Assembly (NCBI GenBank): GCA_043826565.1 | Contig: JBDRPX010000025.1 | Location: 36,966 to 100,965 of the forward strand | Direction of reading: 5' to 3' | Length of the DNA: 64,000 bases | From: Candidatus Omnitrophota bacterium | GTDB lineage: Bacteria; Omnitrophota; Gorgyraeia; B26-G9 | Shown: positions 9,316 through 19,257 of the stretch, one piece after another | Position numbering within the stretch: the stretch's first letter is position 1 | Layout of the letters: each line of letters begins with the position of its first letter | The notes under the pieces: generated by a model | What the model saw: the letters and a program-made list of their open reading frames with translations, nothing else | The model's database searches: none | Told to the model about the DNA's origin: nothing | Position numbers and translations under genes: made by a program

Positions 9316-11159
9316 ATATAGCAATCAATGCTTTTTCTGCGTATTCTTATGGAGGCCTGCAGTATTTAAAAAACCTTCTTTCCGGGTTGCTTGAAAAAAA
9401 AAGCAAAAACATCTATTTCGTTTTTGTAACTAAAAAAAATAAGCATGAGTTTGATTATACTCATCAGAATTTGAAGATAATTGTGTCAAACTTTGCCGGA
9501 TACAATATAATTTGCCGGGTTATCTGGGAACAGTTTGTTTTACCTTTTGTGCTCAAAAAATTAAGAATAGATACAATATATATCCCTAACGGAATGGATA
9601 TATTTTTTTCGCCTACCAGAACGGTTGTTTGTGTGCAGAATATGGAAGTCTTTACCTATCATAACTATCCGAATGCTTTTACATTAAATATGCGTTCGTT
9701 TATTCTGAATATTATAACTCGTATATCTCTTAGAACAGCTGACCACATAATAGCTGTTTCTAATCGCGTTAAAAAGTTTCTCGAGATTCAGTTTGATGTG
9801 CCGGATGAAAAAATAAGCTGTATATATCATGGCCGGGATACTGATTTTGCTAAAAAGAAGGAAACAGAATGTTGCAAAGATGTTCTTGATAAATTTGAAA
9901 TTAATAAAGAATATATTTTTACAGCTTCAAAGATGGTTGCATATTCAAATATGTATAATCTGCTTAAGGCTTTTGAGAGGTATTCTAAGACGAGTAAATC
10001 TGATATAATGCTTGTTATTGCCGGTGGTCTTTGGGACAATAAGTACGCGAAATTATTGCGTGATTTTGTAAAAGAAAAAAAAATAAGTGAGAAAGTGAAA
10101 TTTCTGGAATATGTCGGACATAGCGAAATGCCGGCTTTGTTTTGGGGGGCTAAAATATTTGCTTTCCCTTCAACAGTTGAGGCTTGTCCGATAACTCTAA
10201 TTGAAGCTTTGACTGCCGGGGCTGGTATTATAACGTCAAATATTGAACCTATGCCGGAAATATGTAAAGACGCAGCTGTTTATTTTGATCCTAATAATGT
10301 TGATAATATGACGGGGGCTATTAAAACTCTAGTTGATAACCAGGAACTCATCATCATGCTTAGAGAAAAAGCCCTGAAACGTGCGGAGTTTTTTTCCTGG
10401 AAAAAGTCTGTAAAAAAAACGCAAAGAGTGCTGGAAGGAGTGAAAAAAATGTCTAAAGTCTGGAATAAAGCGCAGGAACTAGAATCAGAGTGGTGGAAAC
10501 TCAAAAAGGAAGAAATAATTTCTCAATCATACCGCAATCAGATAAAAGAAAGATCTGTCCGTATAGAGAAATGGATAGATAAGAAGGTCTCTATTACTGA
10601 AAAATCTAATATTTTAGAAATAGGTGGAGGGGCTACTCAATTGATTGATTTTTTTGATAAAGGTAATAAATATGCGGTTGACCCTTTAGCTGATATGTAT
10701 CAACGCGAATTTTCTCAGGTGCTTGATCCAAAAACTAAATGGCATAAGGCGAAAGTAGAGGAGATGCCTTTTGAAGACAGCTTTTTCGATGTTATCATAA
10801 TCAGGAATGTTCTTGACCATGTTGATTCGGCAAGTAAGGCTTTGAAGGAAATAAATCGTGTTTTGAAGGATAGCGGGGTCTTATATCTGGGGATGAATAC
10901 TTTTTCCGGGCCGTACTATGTCTATAAATTAATTGTTAAAGATCCGGAACACCCATACACTTTTACTCCTAAATCAATAAGGAGTCATATAGTAAAATCT
11001 AAATTTAAAATTGTTGATTTAATTGATGATGCACCAGAAAACATGAAGCATTTTTCGGATCAGTTGGCATCCGTTTCAAAACTTAAGGCTTTTTTACGAG
11101 ACATAGTGTTTTCTTTGAATTGTTTTCACTTTAGCGAGTTTCTTTTAAAAAGAGGTTAG
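9312..11159 (+). CDS. GT4 glycosyltransferase fused to a class I SAM methyltransferase
   Basis: GT4 C-terminal motif FPSTVEACPITLIEAL, then ILEIGGG, MPFEDSFFDVI and LDHV motifs. Internal AAGGAG plus in-frame ATG at 10449. Confidence 0.85.
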   Translation: MNIAINAFSAYSYGGLQYLKNLLSGLLEKKSKNIYFVFVTKKNKHEFDYTHQNLKIIVSNFAGYNIICRVIWEQFVLPFVLKKLRIDTIYIPNGMDIFFSPTRTVVCVQNMEVFTYHNYPNAFTLNMRSFILNIITRISLRTADHIIAVSNRVKKFLEIQFDVPDEKISCIYHGRDTDFAKKKETECCKDVLDKFEINKEYIFTASKMVAYSNMYNLLKAFERYSKTSKSDIMLVIAGGLWDNKYAKLLRDFVKEKKISEKVKFLEYVGHSEMPALFWGAKIFAFPSTVEACPITLIEALTAGAGIITSNIEPMPEICKDAAVYFDPNNVDNMTGAIKTLVDNQELIIMLREKALKRAEFFSWKKSVKKTQRVLEGVKKMSKVWNKAQELESEWWKLKKEEIISQSYRNQIKERSVRIEKWIDKKVSITEKSNILEIGGGATQLIDFFDKGNKYAVDPLADMYQREFSQVLDPKTKWHKAKVEEMPFEDSFFDVIIIRNVLDHVDSASKALKEINRVLKDSGVLYLGMNTFSGPYYVYKLIVKDPEHPYTFTPKSIRSHIVKSKFKIVDLIDDAPENMKHFSDQLASVSKLKAFLRDIVFSLNCFHFSEFLLKRG

Positions 11160-11210
11160 GTTGTTATTTTGTGGAGGATTATAGTTTGATATTCAAACTC
11201 GGGAAATAAG

Positions 11211-12431
11211 ATGAAAATTTTAGTGATAACTCAATATTTTTGGCCGGAGAATTTTCAGATTAATAATTTGGTTGTCGGTTTGGTTAGCAAAGGGCACGCG
11301 GTTACGGTTTTAACGGGCATTCCTAATTACCCCGGCGGCAGTTTTTTCCCTGGATACGGGATATTCAGAAATTTGCGGCAGGATTATCTTGGGGTAAAAG
11401 TTGTGCGTCTGCCGTTAGTATCAAGAGGCAAAGGGAAAAAAATTAGATTGTTGCTTAATTATTTTTCATTCGCTTTTTTTGCCAGCATTTTGGGTCCGTT
11501 TGTTGCCAAGGGCAAATCTGACTTAATTTTTGTTTATGAGCCATCTCCGATTACTGTGGGGTTGCCTGCAATAGTGCTTAAGAAAATCAAATCTGCACCG
11601 GTTTTCTTGTGGGTTCAGGACCTTTGGCCGGAAAGTTTGTCTGCGACGGGAGCGGTAAAATCTCCGGCATTATTAAAGTTAGTAGAAAAACTGGTACATT
11701 TTATATATCATAATTGCAACTTAATACTAGTACAGTCAAAGGCATTTATTCCGTCTATTAAAAATTTTGGGGTAGAAATCAGCCGGATTTCGTATTTTCC
11801 AAACAGTGCAGAGGATTTTTACCAGCCGGTTGAGGTGGAAAAAGATGCTCCTGAACGCAATAAAATACCTCAAGGTTTTGTTATTATGTTTGCGGGTAAT
11901 ATCGGAGCAGCACAGGATTTTCCTACGATTATCGCTGCCGCGGAGAAACTAAAGAATTTTTCGGATATTCATTGGGTGATTATCGGGGACGGAAGAATGC
12001 GGCAATGGGCTGAAGATGAGATAGCCGCGCGTAATTTAGGTCATAAATTTAAATTTTTAGGAAGGCATTCTCCGGAACAAATGCCGCGTTATTTTGCTTT
12101 AACAAATGTTTTGCTTGTTACCCTTAGAAATGAGGAAATTTTTAAGCATACAATACCATCAAAGGTGCAGCCGTATTTAGCATCGGCTAAACTGATAATT
12201 GCTTCATTGGCAGGAGAAGGTGCAAGGATTATAGAAGAAGCTAAGGCTGGATTTTCCTGTACTCCGGAAAATCCAGATGCGCTTGCAGAGTTGGTTTTAA
12301 AGGTGTATCATATGGATGAATGTGAGCGTCAAGTTATGGGAAGAAACGGCCGGAAGTACTTCGAGAACAACTTTTGCCGAAATAAGCTTGTTGACCAATT
12401 AGATGAGTTAATCAGAAGAATAAAGGGGTAA
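11211..12431 (+). CDS. GT4 glycosyltransferase, WbuB-like (L-FucNAc/L-QuiNAc transferase type)
   Basis: TQYFWPE, GIPNYPGG, WVQDLWPES, FAGNIGAAQD, IPSKVQ; adjacent to Fnl/Qnl-type genes. Confidence 0.85.
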   Translation: MKILVITQYFWPENFQINNLVVGLVSKGHAVTVLTGIPNYPGGSFFPGYGIFRNLRQDYLGVKVVRLPLVSRGKGKKIRLLLNYFSFAFFASILGPFVAKGKSDLIFVYEPSPITVGLPAIVLKKIKSAPVFLWVQDLWPESLSATGAVKSPALLKLVEKLVHFIYHNCNLILVQSKAFIPSIKNFGVEISRISYFPNSAEDFYQPVEVEKDAPERNKIPQGFVIMFAGNIGAAQDFPTIIAAAEKLKNFSDIHWVIIGDGRMRQWAEDEIAARNLGHKFKFLGRHSPEQMPRYFALTNVLLVTLRNEEIFKHTIPSKVQPYLASAKLIIASLAGEGARIIEEAKAGFSCTPENPDALAELVLKVYHMDECERQVMGRNGRKYFENNFCRNKLVDQLDELIRRIKG

Positions 12432-12438
12432 AGTTTTT

Positions 12439-13308
12439 ATGCGTATTTTAATTTTGGGTGGAAATGGAATGCTTGGCCATGCTGCTTGGCAGTCATTTAA
12501 GAATAATTTTGATGTATGTGTAACTGTTCGCGGCGACTTTTCTGATGTAGGAAAATTTGCAATTTTTGATAAGATAAAAACTATTTGTGGTGTTAACGCA
12601 GAAGATTTTTCAAATATTGAAAAAATTGTGAGCTCAGTTAAGCCGGAGGTGATTCTTAACTGTATCGGGATTGTTAAGCAGGTAAGTGCGGCTAATAATC
12701 CGATAAAAAGTATAGAAATAAATTCACTTTTCCCGCATAAGCTTGCTGCTTTGTGTAGTAGTGTTAATTGCCGGTTGATTCACATAAGTACAGATTGTGT
12801 TTTTTCCGGGGATAAAGGTCGATATATGGAAAACGATATTCCTGATTCGGTTGATTTATATGGAAGGTCTAAATTGTTGGGTGAGGTAATTGCGGGGACT
12901 GCACTTACAATTAGAACATCTATAATTGGAAGGGAACTTGGGACGAAGCATGGATTATTGGAATGGTTCTTGAGCCAACAGGATAAAAGCGTAAAAGGAT
13001 ATACCAAGGTCATATTCTCTGGTTTTACAACTACAGCTTTATGTGCAATACTAAAAGACATTATAATTAATCATAAAAACTTAAAGGGTCTCTATCATGT
13101 TTCCAGTGAGCCGATTAGTAAATATGATTTGTTGTCGTTGATAAAAGAGGAAATGGATATAAACATTGAAATAATTCCGGATGATGAATTAAAATGTGAT
13201 CGAAGTTTGGATTCTTTAAAATTTTGTAGTGAAACAGCTTATACAATACCTTCCTGGGAAGATATGATTAAGGAAATGTCAGAAGCGATTAAAAAGGAGG
13301 CAAGATGA
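12439..13308 (+). CDS. RmlD-like SDR 4-reductase (WbvR/QnlA type)
   Basis: GGNGMLG, HISTDCVFSG, YGRSKLLGE, RTSIIG; no C-terminal cupin domain. Confidence 0.8.
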   Translation: MRILILGGNGMLGHAAWQSFKNNFDVCVTVRGDFSDVGKFAIFDKIKTICGVNAEDFSNIEKIVSSVKPEVILNCIGIVKQVSAANNPIKSIEINSLFPHKLAALCSSVNCRLIHISTDCVFSGDKGRYMENDIPDSVDLYGRSKLLGEVIAGTALTIRTSIIGRELGTKHGLLEWFLSQQDKSVKGYTKVIFSGFTTTALCAILKDIIINHKNLKGLYHVSSEPISKYDLLSLIKEEMDINIEIIPDDELKCDRSLDSLKFCSETAYTIPSWEDMIKEMSEAIKKEAR

Positions 13309-14372
13309 TTTTTAACAGTAAAAAAATTTTGGTTATAGGTGGAACAGGGTCTTTAGGTAAAGTATTTGTTAGGAGAGTGTTAAGTGGGGAATTGGGTACA
13401 CCTAAAAAGATTATCGTAATGTCTCGGGATGAAGCAAAGCAGCATCAGATGCGGATGTCCTATTTACATAAATTAGTAGCGACCGATGAGGTTATTTATA
13501 ATAATTTTAAAAATGCTTTGGAATTTCGTATCGGTGATGTTCGTGATTATGCCGATGTTTGTTCCGCGGTAAAAGACGCGGATATAGTGGTTAATGCGGC
13601 GGCGTTAAAACAGGTTCCGGTATGTGAGTATTTCCCCACACAGGCGGTTTTAACAAATTGTATAGGGGCTTCTAATATTGTACGCTCGATTGAAGAAAAT
13701 AGTTATCCGGTGGATACGGTTATTGGGGTTAGTACAGATAAAGCTTGTAAGCCGGTAAATGTAATGGGAATGACCAAGGCTGTTCAGGAAAGGATCATTA
13801 TTGCCGCGAATATTCTAAACCAGAAAACTCGTTTTATTTGTGTGCGTTATGGTAATGTTTTAGCTTCTCGCGGCTCGGTTATCCCTCTTTTTCATGAACA
13901 AATTAAGAATGGCGGACCGGTAACGGTAACGGTTCCGGAAATGACCAGATTTTTATTAAGTCTTAATCAGGCTGTAGAAACTTTGTTTACGGCTTTACGT
14001 TCTGCGAAGCGGGGAGAAACTTATGTTCCAAAAGTTCCGGCGGCTACTGTTATTAATATCGCCAAGGCATTGATTGGGAAAAGAAAGATTGATGTCAAGA
14101 TCACCGGTATCCGGCCTGCGGAAAAAATGCACGAAATAATGGTTTCTGAAGAAGAGGCAACACATTGTGTCAAGCGCGGAAATTATTATGCTATTCTACC
14201 GATGCTGCCTGAATTGAGAAAACCAGGTAAACATGAAGCTTCCCCTTTAAAGAAGGAATTTAGCTCTGAGGATACGGCACTTGATTTTAACGGAACCCTA
14301 GCTTTATTAAAAAAACATAAAATACTGGTCGAGGATGTTGATCTTTCTTCCAGTGAGGAATTGCTAAGGTAG
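13305..14372 (+). CDS. UDP-GlcNAc 4,6-dehydratase/epimerase (FnlA/WbjB/CapE-like)
   Basis: GGTGSLG, SRDEAKQ, AALKQVP, STDKAC, RYGNVLASRGSVIP. Confidence 0.85.
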   Translation: MIFNSKKILVIGGTGSLGKVFVRRVLSGELGTPKKIIVMSRDEAKQHQMRMSYLHKLVATDEVIYNNFKNALEFRIGDVRDYADVCSAVKDADIVVNAAALKQVPVCEYFPTQAVLTNCIGASNIVRSIEENSYPVDTVIGVSTDKACKPVNVMGMTKAVQERIIIAANILNQKTRFICVRYGNVLASRGSVIPLFHEQIKNGGPVTVTVPEMTRFLLSLNQAVETLFTALRSAKRGETYVPKVPAATVINIAKALIGKRKIDVKITGIRPAEKMHEIMVSEEEATHCVKRGNYYAILPMLPELRKPGKHEASPLKKEFSSEDTALDFNGTLALLKKHKILVEDVDLSSSEELLR

Positions 14373-14398
14373 TCTATTATACGAGAAAGGACAAAACT

Positions 14399-15520
14399 AT
14401 GAAAATCATGACGATTGTGGGGACGCGTCCGGAAATCATCAAACTGAGCCGAGTGATTAATGAACTGGAAAAATTCCATGAAAATATTCTTGTGCATACA
14501 GGACAGAATTACGATTATGAGCTCAATGAAATTTTCTTTAAGGATATGAACGTCAAAAAGCCCAAATATTTTCTAAATGCCGTAGGTAAGACACTGGCAG
14601 AAACTATTGGGAATGTTATTGCAAAATCTGACAAGATAATGGAAAAGGAGCATCCGGATGCAGTGCTTCTTTACGGAGATACAAATAGCTGCTTGTCGGT
14701 AATTGCTGCCAAAAGGCGTAAAATCCCTATTTTCCATATGGAAGCCGGGAATCGATGTTTTGACCAACGGGTTCCGGAGGAAATAAACAGAAAGATTGTC
14801 GACCATTTAAGCGATATTAATATGACTCTTACTGAGCATGCTCGCAGATATTTAATTGCTGAGGGCATAAAACCGGAAACAATAATAAAAACCGGCTCAC
14901 CGATCAAGGAGATCCTGAATTTTTATATGCCTTCTATTGTAAAATCAGCGGTTCTCGAAAGGCTAAAATTAAAACCCGGGGATTATTTTTTATTAAGTGC
15001 GCATCGAGAGGAGAATATAGACAGTAAGTCAAATTTCAATGATTTGCTGGATGCTTTGAATAAGGTAGCCAGAACTTTTAAGAAGAAAATAATTGTTTCC
15101 ACTCATCCGAGGACCAGAAAGAAGCTGGCCGGCTTAAACCGGAAAAATTTTGATGCCCGGATATCTTTTCTTAAACCCCTTGGTTTTTTTGATTATATAA
15201 AACTGCAAATGAATGCCGCATGTGTAATCTCAGATAGCGGTACGATTACCGAGGAGTCATCCATGCTTAATTTCCCGGCGGTAACTATTCGTCAGGCGCA
15301 TGAGCGCCCTGAAGGAATGGATGAGGGGGCTTTGATCATGTGCGGACTCAAAGCTAGTGATATTATTAATGCAATTAAAACAGTATCCGCACAGCATTCA
15401 AAGATAAATCGCCAATTTAAAATCATCCCGGATTATGATGTGGATAATGTTTCTAAAAAAGTTGTAAGAATTATCATGAGCTACACAGATTATATAAATC
15501 GTACAGTGTGGTTTAAATAA
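14399..15520 (+). CDS. UDP-N-acetylhexosamine 2-epimerase (FnlC/WbjD-like, non-hydrolysing)
   Basis: VGTRPEIIKL, HTGQNYD, HMEAGNRCFDQRVPEEINR, SDSGTITEE, HERPEG. Confidence 0.9.
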   Translation: MKIMTIVGTRPEIIKLSRVINELEKFHENILVHTGQNYDYELNEIFFKDMNVKKPKYFLNAVGKTLAETIGNVIAKSDKIMEKEHPDAVLLYGDTNSCLSVIAAKRRKIPIFHMEAGNRCFDQRVPEEINRKIVDHLSDINMTLTEHARRYLIAEGIKPETIIKTGSPIKEILNFYMPSIVKSAVLERLKLKPGDYFLLSAHREENIDSKSNFNDLLDALNKVARTFKKKIIVSTHPRTRKKLAGLNRKNFDARISFLKPLGFFDYIKLQMNAACVISDSGTITEESSMLNFPAVTIRQAHERPEGMDEGALIMCGLKASDIINAIKTVSAQHSKINRQFKIIPDYDVDNVSKKVVRIIMSYTDYINRTVWFK

Positions 15521-15547
15521 AAATCCTTTTCTAAATCCTAAACGATA

Positions 15548-16504
15548 ATGAATAAAATCACAAAAAAAAATATTTTGATAACTGGCGCAAACGGGTTTAT
15601 TGGCCGTAATCTATGTGCTTTTCTAAAGGAAAAAGACTATAGTGTTAGGGCGGCTGTGCGTAGTAATGTAAATGATGTATTTGGGGTTGAGGAGTATGTT
15701 CAAATAGGAGATATAAATGATTCAACTGATTGGAAACAGGCTTTGTCTGGAGTGGATACGGTTATTCATTTAGCAGCACATGTTCATGTTATGGATAATC
15801 CAGATGATGGTTCACTTGAAGAATTTCGTAAAGTTAATGTGCTTGGAACAGAGAGGCTGGCGTTGCTGTCTGCAAATGCAGGGGTTAAGAGATTTATTTT
15901 TATTAGTTCGGTAAAAGTAAACGGAGAAAGGAAATCAGCCCCTTATTGTGAAGATGATATTGCGGATCCACAAGATGCTTATGGTATTAGCAAGTTGGAA
16001 GCGGAAAACATATTAAAAAAAATAGCGAATGAAACTGATCTGCAGATTGTGATTTTACGGATTCCAATGGTTTATGGACCTGGGGTAAAGGCTAATTTTA
16101 AAAGTTTAATTAAAATTGCTGGTTCTGGTATACCATTACCGTTTAAAGGTATTAATAACCGGCGTAGTTTACTCTATGTGGGTAATTTGGTAGATGCTAT
16201 TAGTATCTGTGTTTATCATCCGAAGGCGATGAATGAAATTTTTTTATTAAGCGATGGGCAGGATGTGTCTACCTCAGATTTAATAAGGATAATAGCTTGC
16301 GCAATGGATAAAAAGGTGAGATTATTTTTTTTCCCTCCGGTTATTTTGAAAACACTTTTTACGATTATGGGAAAAGCGCAAGCGTGGGATAAATTAGCCG
16401 GATCGCTTTTTGTGGATAATCGTAAAATCAGGAATCTGCTTTCCTGGAAGTTACCTTTTACTCTTGAAGAGGGGCTGAGGGAAACTATAAAACTATATAA
16501 ATAA
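15548..16504 (+). CDS. NAD-dependent epimerase/4-reductase (WbpV/WbpK-like)
   Basis: TGANGFIG, HLAAHVH, SSVKVNGE, YGISKLEAE, VYGPGVKANF. Confidence 0.85.
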   Translation: MNKITKKNILITGANGFIGRNLCAFLKEKDYSVRAAVRSNVNDVFGVEEYVQIGDINDSTDWKQALSGVDTVIHLAAHVHVMDNPDDGSLEEFRKVNVLGTERLALLSANAGVKRFIFISSVKVNGERKSAPYCEDDIADPQDAYGISKLEAENILKKIANETDLQIVILRIPMVYGPGVKANFKSLIKIAGSGIPLPFKGINNRRSLLYVGNLVDAISICVYHPKAMNEIFLLSDGQDVSTSDLIRIIACAMDKKVRLFFFPPVILKTLFTIMGKAQAWDKLAGSLFVDNRKIRNLLSWKLPFTLEEGLRETIKLYK

Positions 16505-16506
16505 TT

Positions 16507-17067
16507 ATGAAACGAATTTTTGATTTAGTTTTGTCCTTAATTTTGATATTTTTATTTAGTGTCCCGATGTTAGTTGTTGCGGTTTATATTAAGCTAATGT
16601 CCAAGGGGCCGGCTTTATTCTGGACAGATCGTGTGGGGGTAAATAATGTCATTTTTAAGATGGCTAAATTCAGGACAATGAAATTAAACACGCCTCAGTT
16701 AGCTACTCATTTAATGAAAAACCCTGAAAAGTACCTAATCCCGGGTGGAGAATTTCTGCGTATGAGTAGTCTTGATGAATTGCCGCAATTATTGAATATT
16801 TTAAAGGGAAACATGAGTTTTGTCGGGCCTCGCCCGGCATTGTTTAATCAGCATGATCTTGTGGAATTGCGCACTAAGAAGAATATTCATAAGCTAGTTC
16901 CCGGAGTTACCGGCTGGGCGCAGGTGAATGGAAGAGATGATATAGAAATTCCCGTAAAAGTATCTTTTGACGAATATTACCTCAGAAACCGTTCTTTTTT
17001 CTTCGATTTCAAGATTATTTTCCTAACTGTAATAAAGGTTCTAAAAAGAGAGGGTGTTAAACATTAG
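16507..17067 (+). CDS. Small monotopic phosphoglycosyl transferase (bacterial sugar transferase; initiating enzyme)
   Basis: KRIFD, KFRTM, SLDELPQL, GNMSFVGPRP, PGVTGWAQVNGR. Confidence 0.92.
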   Translation: MKRIFDLVLSLILIFLFSVPMLVVAVYIKLMSKGPALFWTDRVGVNNVIFKMAKFRTMKLNTPQLATHLMKNPEKYLIPGGEFLRMSSLDELPQLLNILKGNMSFVGPRPALFNQHDLVELRTKKNIHKLVPGVTGWAQVNGRDDIEIPVKVSFDEYYLRNRSFFFDFKIIFLTVIKVLKREGVKH

Positions 17068-17190
17068 AGGATAGAACCCATTACCCCTGAATAAGTTAGA
17101 TAACTATTCCCTCCCGTCTTAAGCCTATTTGTTAAACTAATGAAAATTTTATAAGTCAAGAGTATTCAAGTTGATAGTACTAATTAAATG

Positions 17191-17219
17191 TTGAAAAAAT
17201 ATTCTAATTAATATATAAT
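17191..17219 (+). promoter_or_regulatory. Sigma70-type promoter
   Basis: TTGAAA-17 nt-TATAAT in the intergenic region upstream of the CapD/PglF-like gene. Confidence 0.6.
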
Positions 17220-17323
17220 TTAACCCTATACATATATTGAAGTTACTAGTGCATTATCTACGGTGGGGGGAGTTATATGTGGTCAGGTTATGGGAAAAGA
17301 TAGGCCTTAAAAGGGATGTTGCT

Positions 17324-19165
17324 ATGAAATCTAGATATAGAATATTTATAATGGTTGCTATTGATTTATGTTTAGTTAACTTATCCATATTTTTTGCGTT
17401 TATGGTTCGTTATGACTGGCGGCTGCCTCCTTTGCTGAGGGAGACCTGCGTTTATTTAATGGTTTTGGCAAGTTTGATCAGGATAATTATGTTTTTTGTT
17501 TTCGGCGCTTATCAATGGTCTTTTCGTCATGCCAGCCTGAGCGAAGTTTTAAATATTTTCAAGGCGGTTACTGTGGGGAGTCTATTGCTTGTTACCGCGG
17601 CATTTTTTATCCGCCATGAGGGAATGCTGGGCATGGGGCGTACGGTACTGTTGATTGATCAGCTAATTTGTTTTTTTCTGATCAGCGTTTCACGGTTTTT
17701 GCCTAGGTTTTTATTGAAATTTCGAACCACGCGTCTGAGAAATCTCAAACGAGTGCTTATAGTTGGTGCGGGAACAGCGGGCGAAATGGTGGTTCGTGAG
17801 TTGCTTAATGTCCAAAATGGGTTATATCGCCCGATTGGATTTGTTGACGATGATCGTTTGAAGCTTCATTCACGAATACACGGCATAAAAATATTGGGAG
17901 TGACTGATGACATAAATAAGCTGGTTACTGAATATGAAATTGAGGAAATTGTTATCGCGATCCCCTCGGCAAACGGCCGAACCATAAGAAATATTGTTTC
18001 TAAATGTGAAAATTTGGGCGTAAAAATTAAAATTATTCCCGGATTGCATAAAATCATGACCGGAGAAGTATCGATAAAGCAAATTACCGACGTTCAGCCG
18101 GAAGATCTTTTGGGCCGGCAGATGGTGGAAATAGACGCAGATGAGGTGCAGATGTTTCTTAAAAACCGTGTTGTTCTTGTTACCGGTGCCGGTGGAAGTA
18201 TTGGATCGGAATTATGTCGGCAAATAGTAAGATTTGAACCGAAACTTTTAATTCTTTTTGATTATAATGAAAATGATACTTATTTTTTGGAACTGGATTT
18301 GAAAGAAAAATACGGATATTTGAATTTTAAAACAATAATCGGGGATATTAAAGATGTGGGGTTGCTCAAGCATACATTTTCCAAATATAAACCCGATATT
18401 GTATTCCATTCCGCAGCGCACAAACATGTGCCGCTTATGGAGGAAAACCCGGTAGCGGCTGTTAAAAATAATATTATTGGAACGCGCAATTTTATGTATG
18501 CTTCTGAGCATTACAAAGTTAAAAGCTTTGTGATGATATCCACGGATAAAGCAGTAAATCCAACTAGTATTATGGGTGCTTCTAAGCGAATTGCGGAAAC
18601 GATGATTCAGGCAAAGGCCCAGAGTGCCAAAACAAAATTTATGGCGGTCCGGTTCGGTAATGTTATCGGTTCCAGTGGAAGCGTTGTCCCAATTTTCAAA
18701 AAACAGATTGAAAGGGGAGGACCGATAACCGTTACTCATCCGGAGGTAAAAAGATTTTTTATGTTGGCCAGCGAAGCAGCCCAACTGGTGATTCAGGCTG
18801 GGGCTATCGGTAAGGGTGGTGAGATCTTTATTTTGGATATGGGGGAGCAGATTAAAATTTCTGATTTAGCCAAAAACCTCATAACATTATCCGGGCTGGA
18901 AGTTGACGAGGATATTGAACTTAAATATATAGGATTACGGCCGGGAGAGAAGATGGAGGAAGAGACATTGCTGGATATTGAGCATGACAAGGCAACAAAA
19001 TACAATAAAGTTTTCATCGCTCAACCTAATAATTTTAATTCCAGGAAGATGCGTCGGGATATAAAGGTGCTGGAAAAAATGGCTAGTATGATGGATGTTC
19101 CGGGCATTGTTGAAAAAATAAAAAGCATGGTCCCCTTCCATAATCCTAATGCGGCGGAAAAATGA
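17324..19165 (+). CDS. Membrane-anchored UDP-GlcNAc 4,6-dehydratase (CapD/WbpM/PglF family)
   Basis: Four N-terminal TMs, VGAGTAG, TGAGGSIGSELCRQ, AAHKHVP, STDKAV, RFGNV. ATG 17324 after AAGGGA is preferred to TTG 17237. Confidence 0.92.
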   Translation: MKSRYRIFIMVAIDLCLVNLSIFFAFMVRYDWRLPPLLRETCVYLMVLASLIRIIMFFVFGAYQWSFRHASLSEVLNIFKAVTVGSLLLVTAAFFIRHEGMLGMGRTVLLIDQLICFFLISVSRFLPRFLLKFRTTRLRNLKRVLIVGAGTAGEMVVRELLNVQNGLYRPIGFVDDDRLKLHSRIHGIKILGVTDDINKLVTEYEIEEIVIAIPSANGRTIRNIVSKCENLGVKIKIIPGLHKIMTGEVSIKQITDVQPEDLLGRQMVEIDADEVQMFLKNRVVLVTGAGGSIGSELCRQIVRFEPKLLILFDYNENDTYFLELDLKEKYGYLNFKTIIGDIKDVGLLKHTFSKYKPDIVFHSAAHKHVPLMEENPVAAVKNNIIGTRNFMYASEHYKVKSFVMISTDKAVNPTSIMGASKRIAETMIQAKAQSAKTKFMAVRFGNVIGSSGSVVPIFKKQIERGGPITVTHPEVKRFFMLASEAAQLVIQAGAIGKGGEIFILDMGEQIKISDLAKNLITLSGLEVDEDIELKYIGLRPGEKMEEETLLDIEHDKATKYNKVFIAQPNNFNSRKMRRDIKVLEKMASMMDVPGIVEKIKSMVPFHNPNAAEK

Positions 19166-19257
19166 GGCCACAACTTTGTGTCGCTGTATGAGCGTGGAAA
19201 AATCACAGCGCTTCTGTTTCGGACGGTAATTTAGGGGTGGTTTTAGAATGGTTGATC

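Noticed and set aside
12439-13308. rmlD of a dTDP-rhamnose pathway with rfbA
   Set aside because: No rmlB/rmlC in the window; the neighbours are FnlA/FnlC/WbuB-like.
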